Of a DNA stretch of 35,068 bases, positions 8,566 through 17,098 are shown in pieces. Positions within the stretch are counted from its first letter, which is position 1, and every line of letters starts with the position of its first letter. Source of the stretch: Rickettsiaceae bacterium. Lineage in GTDB: Bacteria; Pseudomonadota; Alphaproteobacteria; Rickettsiales; Rickettsiaceae. The notes beneath the pieces are model-generated. The model was not told the origin of the DNA. It saw nothing but the letters and a program-made list of their open reading frames with translations, and did no database searches. The position numbers and the translations under genes were made by a program. The DNA is taken from contig JAYUHP010000065.1 of assembly GCA_043766875.1 (NCBI GenBank), positions 1-35,068 on the forward strand. Reading direction: 5' to 3'.

Positions 8566-9315
8566 ATGCGTTTATTTATACATTATTTTGCCTTTTGGGT
8601 AATTTTGTTACCATATACTGCTTTTTCAGATGATAAAGCCTGGGATGAAATACGTTTTGCAGGTCTTGCAGCAGGCAAAACATATAACATTAGCATAGGT
8701 AGCGGATTCTTTGTTAACAAGAATCAAATAGTTACTAATCGGCATGTTGTCACGAATTGCAAAAATATTGCTGTTAGAGGCGCTGTGAAGCCTACCAAAG
8801 TAGAGATAGTTGTAATTGACCCAGAGCTTGACTTAGCCTTGTTAAGTTCAGTTTCTGAGCCAGAGAGAGTGCCATATTTAAGAATAAATTATGATCAGAT
8901 CATCAAAAACGATACGCTATTTACCGTAGGATACCCATTACAATATGGAGAAATAGGAGAGTTCTTGATTAGAGAGGCGCAAGTACTTGATGTTACACGG
9001 AATCCGAATCATGGATTTAGCAGCATTAGCTTTACTGATGTAGTGGATCATGGCAATAGTGGAGGGCCACTGCTTGATAAAAATTCTAATATAGTGGGGG
9101 TGGTGACTGCAAAGATAGATTATTATGACAATCCCAATACAAAGGTCGTTTCGCGTACTATAGGTGTAGCAATAGGCTTGGATGGTTTAATAGATTTCTT
9201 AAGGCGCAATAATAGCTCCTTTGCAGCAAATTCTACTTATGATGTTTTTACAAATTATAATCCTACAGATATTGTTAAGAATTATGTGGTTAATATTCAC
9301 TGTGTTAGCGAGTGA
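8566..9315 (+). CDS. Secreted trypsin-like (S1/Trypsin_2, HtrA-protease-domain-like) serine protease without a PDZ domain
   Basis: 249-aa ORF with an N-terminal signal peptide (MRLFIHYFAFWVILLPYTAFS). Catalytic triad context is TNRHVV (His), LDLALL (Asp) and HGNSGGPLL (Ser). It is divergent from virB8. Confidence 0.75.
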   Translation: MRLFIHYFAFWVILLPYTAFSDDKAWDEIRFAGLAAGKTYNISIGSGFFVNKNQIVTNRHVVTNCKNIAVRGAVKPTKVEIVVIDPELDLALLSSVSEPERVPYLRINYDQIIKNDTLFTVGYPLQYGEIGEFLIREAQVLDVTRNPNHGFSSISFTDVVDHGNSGGPLLDKNSNIVGVVTAKIDYYDNPNTKVVSRTIGVAIGLDGLIDFLRRNNSSFAANSTYDVFTNYNPTDIVKNYVVNIHCVSE

Positions 9316-9328
9316 GGAATCGTTATAC

Positions 9329-10345
9329 TTATCTCGCGGGTGCACCAAGCTGCTGTGCTGCGCTGAGTCGCCTGGATGACTCCGTTGCTCTGAAAGAAGT
9401 TTCCATTATTTTAGGTGCTGGTTGTAATGCCTCTTCCACTGTCATAAGCTGGCCTTTGGACCTAATTTGTCCATCTCCTTGGACAATGACATTTTCAAAA
9501 TTTGCTAGACTATGATCCGCTACTTGCTTGGTAATTCTTCCATATGATAGAAATTTCATTATTTTGCCTAAAATTGGTATCTTGCGCAATTTCTTGGCTA
9601 TATTGCCACACATCATACTAAAGCCATTCACAGGTTTTTGGTCATTTGGTACTATGGTGTGTATTCCTCCTAATTTTTCTGCCACTTGTTGGTCCATTGT
9701 ATTAATACCATTAGGCCTATTATTAAAAACTCTAAATTTTATTCTACCTTTTAAATCCTCTATCTTTGTACCATATTGCTTGCAGAGATTTTTTACAGCC
9801 GTATAGGCCCCTGGGTTTTCAAATGTTGTTGATGAAATTTTCGGAGGCTTCTGCTCCCTAACATCCATTTGTAGTAACATATCAGTGGCTGCAACATCGG
9901 CAAGAGCTCCTCCAAGTGAATGGCCTATAAAATCGATTGTATAGTCCTTTAGCTCTGCACCCAATTCGGTAATAATTAATCCATTAAGCTTTTTTAGAGG
10001 CTTTACTTTTTCTGGCAACCACCCAATAGCAAGCCGTGCATCATCGCCAAGATCGGCTTTGGCTTTATCAAGACCTTGGTCTATTCTAGTACCAGCTATG
10101 GCATATGTAATGGTCTTAGCTGCACGGTCAATAATTACAGTCGCACGACACTTATTTCCACCTTCTTCTTCAAACAGTTCTGATAAAAGGACTTCACAGC
10201 CGCTTGGTAAGATCCTCTCATCGATATTTCCCCATACTGGATCAGCACCATATGCAAATGATGCAGCTAACACACTTTTTGCTTCTTCTGAAAGTGGAGT
10301 ATCTTTGCTGTAACGTGCTAATAAAGGCCTCTCTTCCCGACTCAT
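9329..10345 (-). CDS. Class 3 lipase-like alpha/beta hydrolase (candidate T4SS effector)
   Basis: 338-aa ORF with an AIAGTR strand motif, nucleophile elbow GHSLGGALA and distal ADHSL (candidate catalytic His). It has no signal peptide and an Arg-rich C-terminal tail. It starts 13 nt downstream of the 436-aa ORF on the same strand. Confidence 0.75.
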   Translation of the reverse strand: MSREERPLLARYSKDTPLSEEAKSVLAASFAYGADPVWGNIDERILPSGCEVLLSELFEEEGGNKCRATVIIDRAAKTITYAIAGTRIDQGLDKAKADLGDDARLAIGWLPEKVKPLKKLNGLIITELGAELKDYTIDFIGHSLGGALADVAATDMLLQMDVREQKPPKISSTTFENPGAYTAVKNLCKQYGTKIEDLKGRIKFRVFNNRPNGINTMDQQVAEKLGGIHTIVPNDQKPVNGFSMMCGNIAKKLRKIPILGKIMKFLSYGRITKQVADHSLANFENVIVQGDGQIRSKGQLMTVEEALQPAPKIMETSFRATESSRRLSAAQQLGAPAR

Positions 10346-10358
10346 AACCTATTTCTCA

Positions 10359-11669
10359 TTAATTCTCTAAATCTCTGTACGGCAAATCTTTCTTGGCAAA
10401 CAGCTTTTTCAATTTGCTTTTAAAGCTTACGGGAATCCTATTTAAATTCGGTTTATAGGGAGACCCTGTAATATTTTCGTAGATTTTGATTAGGTCAGGG
10501 ATTACTTCCTGATAATAGACTATATATAGGTTCTTCATCATTACAGATGTGGTAATATGCCCCCATTTATTAGCCTGTTGAGGTACCCGTGCCAATGCTT
10601 CCACACATGCTATTGCTATCTCAGCTTCCTTGTCGTCACGTTTATAAACGTCTGCAACTGGCGCTAAGTTAAATTTCATATCCTCTATCATCGCATCCAG
10701 CATTAGTCCCATATATTGTTCGGAGTCAAATTTCCTTACGAAAAGCCAATCTGGGTTCTTAGCAAGTTTTAGGAGTTTTTTTCTATATATCAAACACATC
10801 ACTTTGTGGTATAGCGACCTCATGTTCCGGAGCTTGTTTCGATTATAAAATTTCAGGGAAGATTCGTGATGCAGGAGATTGCTCAAGCCGTGTTTTATTA
10901 ATTGATCTCTTACAGCATCGCAGCCTTTAAGATCATTTACGCGCCCAGCCTTAACATGAGGCGTTGCCCTGGTACATGAGAAGTTCGCGGAATGTCTGCC
11001 TATTTGGTGGCCTGAATTATTTCGCTTGATATCAGAATAATGCCCGAGTTCTTGCCCAGCAATTATTTGCATGCGCGCTACAGCTGGCCAGCCATCTCCT
11101 TGAGTTGTTAACTTCGGATCTGTTGGAGCTAATGGATCCCCGCCAGCTGATACATATACTGCAACATCTCTGCCATCTGTACTTTGCATACCGCTATTGC
11201 TGCCGGAAGTTTGCCAGGTTTGGACATCCATCATATCGCCAATATTGTAAGAATAGGAAACGAAAGCCTCTACCTTTTCGAGAAGAAGCCATCTCATTAC
11301 AATGGAGTGAGTGGATTGTACTAAAATTCTTGCTAATTTTAACCTCAGATCCTTTTCAATGGGGATATGTTTTGCTATTTGAGCATTGCAATTATCTATG
11401 ATACTCTGGACTTTTTTGGGAGAATTATAGATTTTTTCTAATCTTGAGATGGTTTCTTTAAGCAAATCTCCTTCCAGCTGCTCTTTACTAATCATCAGAC
11501 TCACGTTTTTGCCGGCATCAACCCACCTAGCAAAATTGCATTTACCTCCGGTATCTACCCTAAGCTGCCCTGACTCTACAAGTAAATTGGCAAGCTCTTC
11601 ATACTCATGATACATACCTTCTGCTTCAAAGCATGGTATGCGGTCAATTATGTGATAGATGCTACTCAT
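10359..11669 (-). CDS. Hypothetical 436-aa protein with a zincin-like QELGH motif and a Lys-rich C-terminus (candidate effector / lipase partner)
   Basis: Long uninterrupted ORF with no signal peptide and no family I can name. The motif MQIIAGQELGHYSD (nt 11040-11054) resembles an HExxH helix with Gln in place of the first His. It is the first gene of a two-gene operon with the lipase. Confidence 0.6.
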   Translation of the reverse strand: MSSIYHIIDRIPCFEAEGMYHEYEELANLLVESGQLRVDTGGKCNFARWVDAGKNVSLMISKEQLEGDLLKETISRLEKIYNSPKKVQSIIDNCNAQIAKHIPIEKDLRLKLARILVQSTHSIVMRWLLLEKVEAFVSYSYNIGDMMDVQTWQTSGSNSGMQSTDGRDVAVYVSAGGDPLAPTDPKLTTQGDGWPAVARMQIIAGQELGHYSDIKRNNSGHQIGRHSANFSCTRATPHVKAGRVNDLKGCDAVRDQLIKHGLSNLLHHESSLKFYNRNKLRNMRSLYHKVMCLIYRKKLLKLAKNPDWLFVRKFDSEQYMGLMLDAMIEDMKFNLAPVADVYKRDDKEAEIAIACVEALARVPQQANKWGHITTSVMMKNLYIVYYQEVIPDLIKIYENITGSPYKPNLNRIPVSFKSKLKKLFAKKDLPYRDLEN

Positions 11670-11771
11670 TGAAGTTAGATTATTCGTTATAATATATAAT
11701 GATATATTAATAACTTAAGAAAATAAACAGTAGGCTCATATTTAGCTGAAAGTTATAACTAGCTATGGCAT

Positions 11772-12434
11772 TTAGGCTGGCAGCTTTGCATCCGGTAGTC
11801 TAATATACAATGGTTCTATTTTGCTAGAAAAACTGCCTTTCAACAGCTGTACATTGGCGAGCCTGCAGACTATCCGAGCATCTGGGAAAGGGAAACGGGG
11901 AAGTGTTATGAGATTAGGTACTAAGCCGTATATTCTGACCGCGCCACTGCCAGCGCAGACTATTTTGCCCTCTAGATTTTCCATAATATTTTTTATTTTT
12001 TCTATAGAAGCCAATTCGGGGGCGGCAAGCGACTTGCTTTGCTTATCAAAAATCTCTATATAACATTCGCCTCTATAGGCGTCAATTAAGCTCACTGCAT
12101 AGTCAAAATCGCGATATTGCTCTCTTATACGGTAATTTATGATGCCGAAATTGCTGACGATTATTGGGGTTATGGATGCTGCCATACTAAGGCCTAGAGC
12201 TGTGCTTAAACCTATTCTGATGCCAGTGAAACTGCCTGGTCCCGAAGTTGTGGCTATATAATTTATGTCAGATAAGCCAAGCTTAGCTTTCTCCAAAATC
12301 ATAGCTATTATACGAGGCAAATTTTCAGCCTGCTGCGAATTTGCAGTAATTAGTTCGGTTGCTAATATCTCATGCCCTTCTGATATTGCAGCAGAACATC
12401 TGCCAGAGGCTGTTTCAAATGCTAAAAATTTCAT
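11772..12434 (-). CDS. tsaB: tRNA t6A37 biosynthesis protein TsaB (YeaZ)
   Basis: 220-aa ORF with N-terminus MKFLAFETASGRCSAAI and the GPGSFTGIRIG motif typical of TsaB. Confidence 0.85.
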   Translation of the reverse strand: MKFLAFETASGRCSAAISEGHEILATELITANSQQAENLPRIIAMILEKAKLGLSDINYIATTSGPGSFTGIRIGLSTALGLSMAASITPIIVSNFGIINYRIREQYRDFDYAVSLIDAYRGECYIEIFDKQSKSLAAPELASIEKIKNIMENLEGKIVCAGSGAVRIYGLVPNLITLPRFPFPDARIVCRLANVQLLKGSFSSKIEPLYIRLPDAKLPA

Positions 12435-12498
12435 ATACTACTTGTAGTTTTAAGTAGCTTATGTTAACAAAACAGGACCGACCTTGCAAGGAGCAACT

Positions 12499-13857
12499 AT
12501 GCAGCCAAATATATTCCGTTTATATGACATAAGGGGAAAGTACCCCGAAGAAGTTGATGAGAATATAGCATATCTCGTAGGATACTACTTTGGGATGTTA
12601 TGTGAGGGCGGCCAAGTGATTGTAGGTTTTGATGGAAGATTAAGTTCTCCATCGCTCTATAATCCTTTGGTTCAGGGTATCATAGAATCTGGATCTAACC
12701 CCTTATCTGTTGGCTTAGTGCCAACTCCTTTATTATATTTCGCGAATAAGAAAACCTCTCCAGCCGGGGCAATAATAATCACTGCATCCCATAATCCCAA
12801 GGAGGATAACGGGTTTAAAATGATCCTTGATGGGGAGTCTTTTTTTGGTGATGGTATAATTGAGCTTAGGGACATGATCCTTGCCTCAGACAAAAAATAT
12901 ACATTCAAGAAATTCAATGAGCCTAACTCCATAGATTTTAGTGCTCAGTATATAGACCGTGTACTCGAAGATATAAGCGTCTCAAAAGATCTTAAGGTTG
13001 CTTGGGATCCTGGAAATGGAGCTAGCGGAGAAGTGGTTTCTAAAATCTTAAATCATTTACCTAATACTAATATCATGATCAATGAGAAAATTGATGGTAA
13101 TTTTCCTAATCGCCCGCCGGATCCAACCATTCCTGCAAATCTCACAATGTTACTTGAAGTGATGGAGAAAAATTCCTGTGATTTAGGGATCGCTTTGGAT
13201 GGGGATGCTGACAGGGTGGTTTTTGTTACCAGTACTGGGAGGATACTGCCAGGGGATCAAACTCTCTGTATTTTCGCAGAAGAAATATTGAAAGCTAACC
13301 CAGGCGCGACGGTAATTGCAGAAGTAAAATCTAGCCAGATATTGTTTGATTATATAAATGATTTGGGCGGCAAAGCTATAATGTCCAAAACTGGCCACGC
13401 AATAATCAAGCATAGAATTAGGCAAGAAAAAGCATTACTTGCTGGCGAAATGAGCGGCCATATATTTTTCGCAGATAAATATTATGGCTATGATGATGGA
13501 ATATATGCAGCGCTTCGGATGATAGATTTGCTCAGCAAATCTCAGCTTTCGCTCGAAGAGCTTGTAGCAAAGCTTCCACCAGCCTATAACACAGCAGAAA
13601 TTAAGCTTCGAGTTTTGGACTCCGAGAAGTTTATAATTATTGATGAAATTAAGGCTTACTTAAAGGAAATAGGCAGAGATTTTATAGATATTGACGGCAT
13701 AAGATGCAAAAGCGGAAATGGTTGGTGGCTCATTAGAGCTTCCAACACGGAAGCCACACTTACCGTGCGCTGTGAAGCCCTATCAGAAACAGCTTTGGTG
13801 GAGGTGAAGAGGGATTTGGATTTGATTGTTTCCGAATATGGGTTGAGTATATTATAG
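12499..13857 (+). CDS. Phosphomannomutase/phosphoglucomutase (alpha-D-phosphohexomutase)
   Basis: Active-site Ser loop TASHNPKEDNGFK, Mg loop ALDGDADRVVFV and sugar-binding GEMSGH. I prefer the ATG at 12499 (AAGGAG at 12488-12493) over the TTG at 12484 in the ORF track. Confidence 0.85.
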   Translation: MQPNIFRLYDIRGKYPEEVDENIAYLVGYYFGMLCEGGQVIVGFDGRLSSPSLYNPLVQGIIESGSNPLSVGLVPTPLLYFANKKTSPAGAIIITASHNPKEDNGFKMILDGESFFGDGIIELRDMILASDKKYTFKKFNEPNSIDFSAQYIDRVLEDISVSKDLKVAWDPGNGASGEVVSKILNHLPNTNIMINEKIDGNFPNRPPDPTIPANLTMLLEVMEKNSCDLGIALDGDADRVVFVTSTGRILPGDQTLCIFAEEILKANPGATVIAEVKSSQILFDYINDLGGKAIMSKTGHAIIKHRIRQEKALLAGEMSGHIFFADKYYGYDDGIYAALRMIDLLSKSQLSLEELVAKLPPAYNTAEIKLRVLDSEKFIIIDEIKAYLKEIGRDFIDIDGIRCKSGNGWWLIRASNTEATLTVRCEALSETALVEVKRDLDLIVSEYGLSIL

Positions 13858-15072
13858 AGGCTTGTCTGACTTATATATTTTCCCGCCAGTCATAGGGCTA
13901 GAAACTCCAGTTGTTTTGGGCAGGCTAAGGGTCTTGCTTTGCAGCGAGCGAACTGCGAAATATGCAAAAATTTGAGCTTCCATAGCAGCTGAATTCCAAC
14001 CAGCTTCATCCGCTGTCATTATATTTATGTAAGGCAATCGCTGCTCAAGGCTTGCGCGTATAACTGGGTTATTCCATCCACCACCTGCCAAAATCCATGT
14101 TTTTGGCACCTCTAGTTTTACAAATTTTAAACTGCTTGCTATACTGGTCGTGGTAAAGGCTTCCAAAGTTGCGCAGGCATCTTCTATAGATAAAATATCT
14201 AATTCTGGAATAAGGCTCATATCACCTATATCCAATGCTTTAGGAGGATTCATTTCAAAGAAATTTTTGCCATATTTGCTGACAGATTTTTGGTACAAAG
14301 CCTCTATTACATCCTCATGAACCTTGCCTTTAGAGCCATACTTACCGTCCCTATCTATGAACTCCGCTCCGCTTGTGCGCTGTCTTACTAATTTGTCTAT
14401 CAAGCCGTTTCCTGGACCTGTATCAAAGCCTATAATATCATCCTCGCCTTTGCCTGTAATTACTGTGATATTGGCAATACCGCCGCAGTTCACGACTGCT
14501 AATGGGATTTTATTATCGCGAACAGCAAGCGCTTGATGGTACAGAGGTGCAAATGGTGCACCTTGACCCCCATGAGCGATATCATTGCTGCGGAAATCAT
14601 TCACGACGGTAATTCCAGTTTTGTCAGCTAAATATTGGCCGTCGCCTACTATAATTGAGATTTTCTCGGAAGGGCTATGGAATAGACATTGTCCATGATA
14701 GCCGATCGCATCGATATCCTGAGCTTTATGGCCTGTTGTTTTAAGTAGTTCTTGTACCGCTTGCAAATGTAGCTCTGTTGATAGATGAATAGCTTCATCT
14801 AGTGACTTTACATCTGATTTAAAATCTTGGATATTTAGCTCTTGCTGAGCATATTGCTCTATAGCATGCGGATAGTTTAGGGCTGCTTGCTCCATATCAC
14901 CATGGGAGTTCCTTACAGCAAGCTCTGCTGCCTTAAACAGGATTTTTTGCTCATCGGTAAATGGAAGATATATATTGCCAAGATCAGTGATAGAGATGTC
15001 ACCATCCGTGTCCATCAAAGCAGCGTCAATACCGTCCATTGATGTTCCAGTCATTAGCCCTATAGAGATCAT
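13852..15072 (-). CDS. anmK: Anhydro-N-acetylmuramic acid kinase
   Basis: 406-aa ORF with N-terminus GLMTGTSMDGIDAAL and a later FDTGPGN motif characteristic of AnmK. It overlaps the convergent phosphohexomutase end by 6 nt. Confidence 0.9.
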   Translation of the reverse strand: MISIGLMTGTSMDGIDAALMDTDGDISITDLGNIYLPFTDEQKILFKAAELAVRNSHGDMEQAALNYPHAIEQYAQQELNIQDFKSDVKSLDEAIHLSTELHLQAVQELLKTTGHKAQDIDAIGYHGQCLFHSPSEKISIIVGDGQYLADKTGITVVNDFRSNDIAHGGQGAPFAPLYHQALAVRDNKIPLAVVNCGGIANITVITGKGEDDIIGFDTGPGNGLIDKLVRQRTSGAEFIDRDGKYGSKGKVHEDVIEALYQKSVSKYGKNFFEMNPPKALDIGDMSLIPELDILSIEDACATLEAFTTTSIASSLKFVKLEVPKTWILAGGGWNNPVIRASLEQRLPYINIMTADEAGWNSAAMEAQIFAYFAVRSLQSKTLSLPKTTGVSSPMTGGKIYKSDKPL

Positions 15073-15141
15073 TATTTTCTTCCTTTTCCATCCATTTGTG
15101 ATGTTATCCCTGACACCTTAGTTGTTACTATAGCCTTAAAT

Positions 15142-15157
15142 TGTTTCACGTGAAACA
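15142..15157. repeat. Perfect 16-bp palindrome TGTTTCACGTGAAACA
   Basis: Read directly from the sequence. It lies 5 nt after the stop of the 15163-16335 gene and 69 nt upstream of the anmK start. No T-tract follows it, so it does not look like an intrinsic terminator. Confidence 0.5.
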
Positions 15158-15162
15158 TTCTA

Positions 15163-16335
15163 TCAGGTTTTGGTGGAGTTTATAGTTTCTATAACCCTCT
15201 GTAGCTGCACCTCCAATGTCCAATCTTTAAGGAATATATCATATGCATTTCTGGTCATTACTTCCGCTTCTTGAGGATGAGATCTGATCCAATCTATATG
15301 AGTTTTGATCTGAGAATACATGTTATCGATAGTTTGAAAACTATCAAAATAAAGTATATTATCGCCAAAATATTTACGAAGAAAAGGATGATTGTCTGAA
15401 ATGACGACAGAGCCAGACATAATTCCTTCTGCGAGTCTCGATGTTGGAATGCCAGCAACGAAATGTTCGAGATTATGCAGCACTAATGCTATCCCACCTT
15501 TTCTTTGTAGCTCTATTAGAGAATATATAGGAGGGCCATATTTCTCTGCCATTCCCAAATACGGATCTCCTAAATATTCGAAAACATCTCTAAGACCGTA
15601 GGCTACCAATATATTGTCCTGCCCCAGCTTATAAAGCACTCGAGCAAATCTGAAAGAATCCCTATTACATCCCCAGGTGCTTCCGGTTATTACTGCTTTG
15701 TCATAGCTTGAGGGCTTGATGAATTCTAGTTTGTTTTGAGCAAGATATGCTGGGATGATTAGAGCATCGTCCTTGCCATGGTTATGTAGTACTTCCTTCA
15801 ATGTTTTGTTTTCTATATTCGTTACACTATAGAGGTCTATATATCCGTCGTAATTCTTAAGATGCTCATGTTCCTTTAGGAATCTCATTTGCGTGCTATA
15901 TAGCATTACATCAGGGACGTTAAGATATACTAAATTATAGCCTGTAGGTACAATGGTTACATAGTGAGTTAAGGCAATATTTACTTCTGGCCTAGTAACT
16001 AAATTTACTAAGTTAGCGGCTACAACGTAGAAATGTCTAGTTAGTGTATAATTTGTCAGAGGTGGATAGAAACTGCATCCTACATAATCCCATCCCATGT
16101 TTTTTAAAGCGGCTAATGTTCTCTCATAGGCTCGTGCCTCTCCAATTCTTCCTTCTATGCTATAGATGGCAAGTTTATGCTTTGTATCTTTTCGGAAAAT
16201 ATTGGGTGAGAAATCAAATGTAGTGATTATAATATACAGAACAGCCAAAGCGTATAAAAATACTAATTTTAACAATGAGCTAATGCTAAAAAAATTACGA
16301 AAGCCCTTTGAAAGTACGGTATATAATATGTTCAT
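15163..16335 (-). CDS. Membrane-anchored hypothetical protein with a GT-B glycosyltransferase-like C-terminal half
   Basis: 390-aa ORF with an N-terminal TM (LLKLVFLYALAVLYIIITTF). The C-terminal segment GIALVLHNLEHFVAGIPTSRLAEGIMSGSVVISD resembles the GT1-type (E/R)x7E nucleotide-sugar binding region. The function is not secure. Confidence 0.45.
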   Translation of the reverse strand: MNILYTVLSKGFRNFFSISSLLKLVFLYALAVLYIIITTFDFSPNIFRKDTKHKLAIYSIEGRIGEARAYERTLAALKNMGWDYVGCSFYPPLTNYTLTRHFYVVAANLVNLVTRPEVNIALTHYVTIVPTGYNLVYLNVPDVMLYSTQMRFLKEHEHLKNYDGYIDLYSVTNIENKTLKEVLHNHGKDDALIIPAYLAQNKLEFIKPSSYDKAVITGSTWGCNRDSFRFARVLYKLGQDNILVAYGLRDVFEYLGDPYLGMAEKYGPPIYSLIELQRKGGIALVLHNLEHFVAGIPTSRLAEGIMSGSVVISDNHPFLRKYFGDNILYFDSFQTIDNMYSQIKTHIDWIRSHPQEAEVMTRNAYDIFLKDWTLEVQLQRVIETINSTKT

Positions 16336-16382
16336 GGCTGCTGGTTAGGAATTAAGCACCTGCTATAATAGCAAAAAGCCGC

Positions 16383-16411
16383 TTGCATAGTCCAAGCATT
16401 TGTAATATTAT
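16383..16411 (+). promoter_or_regulatory. Candidate sigma70-type promoter for tRNA-Leu (and probably the downstream nfu gene)
   Basis: TTGCAT (16383-16388), a 17-nt spacer, then TATTAT (16406-16411). The predicted start falls about 20 nt before the tRNA 5' end. Confidence 0.4.
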
Positions 16412-16438
16412 GCCACAGATATTTCAAATTAAATTTCT

Positions 16439-16524
16439 GCCCGCGTGATGGAATGGTAGACATAACGGACTTAAAATCCGTGGGGCTTCGGCCCTTGCCA
16501 GTTCAAGTCTGGCCGCGGGTACCA
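16439..16524 (+). tRNA. tRNA-Leu (anticodon UAA), class II with a long variable arm, CCA encoded
   Basis: Hand-folded. Acceptor GCCCGCG/CGCGGGT (G1-U72). Anticodon stem ACGGA/TCCGT with loop CTTAAAA (TAA at 16472-16474). Variable arm GGGGCTTCGGCCCTT. T arm GCCAG-TTCAAGT-CTGGC. Terminal ACCA. Confidence 0.9.
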
Positions 16525-16541
16525 TTTCCCAAATTATTCTT

Positions 16542-17096
16542 ATGTTCATACAAACTGAAATTACACCCAATCCCAATGCTATGAAGTTCTTGCCCGGTGA
16601 GGACATCAGCCCAGAAAAACCTGTGCATTTTTCATCTCCAAAAGATGCCGTGAGCAGCCCGCTGGCTCGTAAGCTATTCTCTATTGATGACGTTGATGCT
16701 GTGTTTTTTGGCAGTGATTTTATTACAATCACCAAGAAGAATAATTCTACATGGGAAGTTCTGAAGCCGGAAGTTCTGGAGGCTATCATGGGTCATTTGG
16801 TAGCAAAGCTTCCTATATTGGACAAGCCTAAAATTGCTGTTGAGATTCCGCAGGAACATTTAGGGGATATCGAAAAGCAGATAATGGAAATTATTGAAAC
16901 GAGGGTTAGGCCTTCCGTCGCTATGGATGGTGGTGATATTATTTATCGTGGGTTTGAGAATGGCGTAGTACTGCTTGAATTAAGAGGTGCATGTTCTGGC
17001 TGCCCAAGCTCTACCATTACGCTTAAAAATGGTATAGAATCTATGCTGAAATATTACGTCCCAGAAGTAGTATCAGTTGAAGCTGTAGAAGAGTAG
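16542..17096 (+). CDS. NFU1/NifU-like Fe-S cluster scaffold (Nfu_N + NifU C-terminal domain)
   Basis: 184-aa ORF with MFIQTEITPNPNAMKFLPG at the N-terminus and the CSGCPSS cluster-binding motif. The ATG is only 17 nt after the tRNA-Leu 3' end. Confidence 0.85.
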   Translation: MFIQTEITPNPNAMKFLPGEDISPEKPVHFSSPKDAVSSPLARKLFSIDDVDAVFFGSDFITITKKNNSTWEVLKPEVLEAIMGHLVAKLPILDKPKIAVEIPQEHLGDIEKQIMEIIETRVRPSVAMDGGDIIYRGFENGVVLLELRGACSGCPSSTITLKNGIESMLKYYVPEVVSVEAVEE

Positions 17097-17098
17097 AT

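Noticed and set aside
10359-11669. Possible HNH/colicin-like nuclease reading of ELGHYSDIKRNNSGHQIGRH in the 436-aa protein.
   Set aside because: The spacing and residues do not fit an HNH/[AGLS]HH signature convincingly: there is no HH pair and no clear beta-beta-alpha metal context. I report only the zincin-like resemblance, as a low-confidence observation.
16424-16789. 121-aa minus-strand ORF.
   Set aside because: It overlaps the tRNA-Leu gene and the 5' half of the well-conserved nfu gene. It is an ORF-track artefact.
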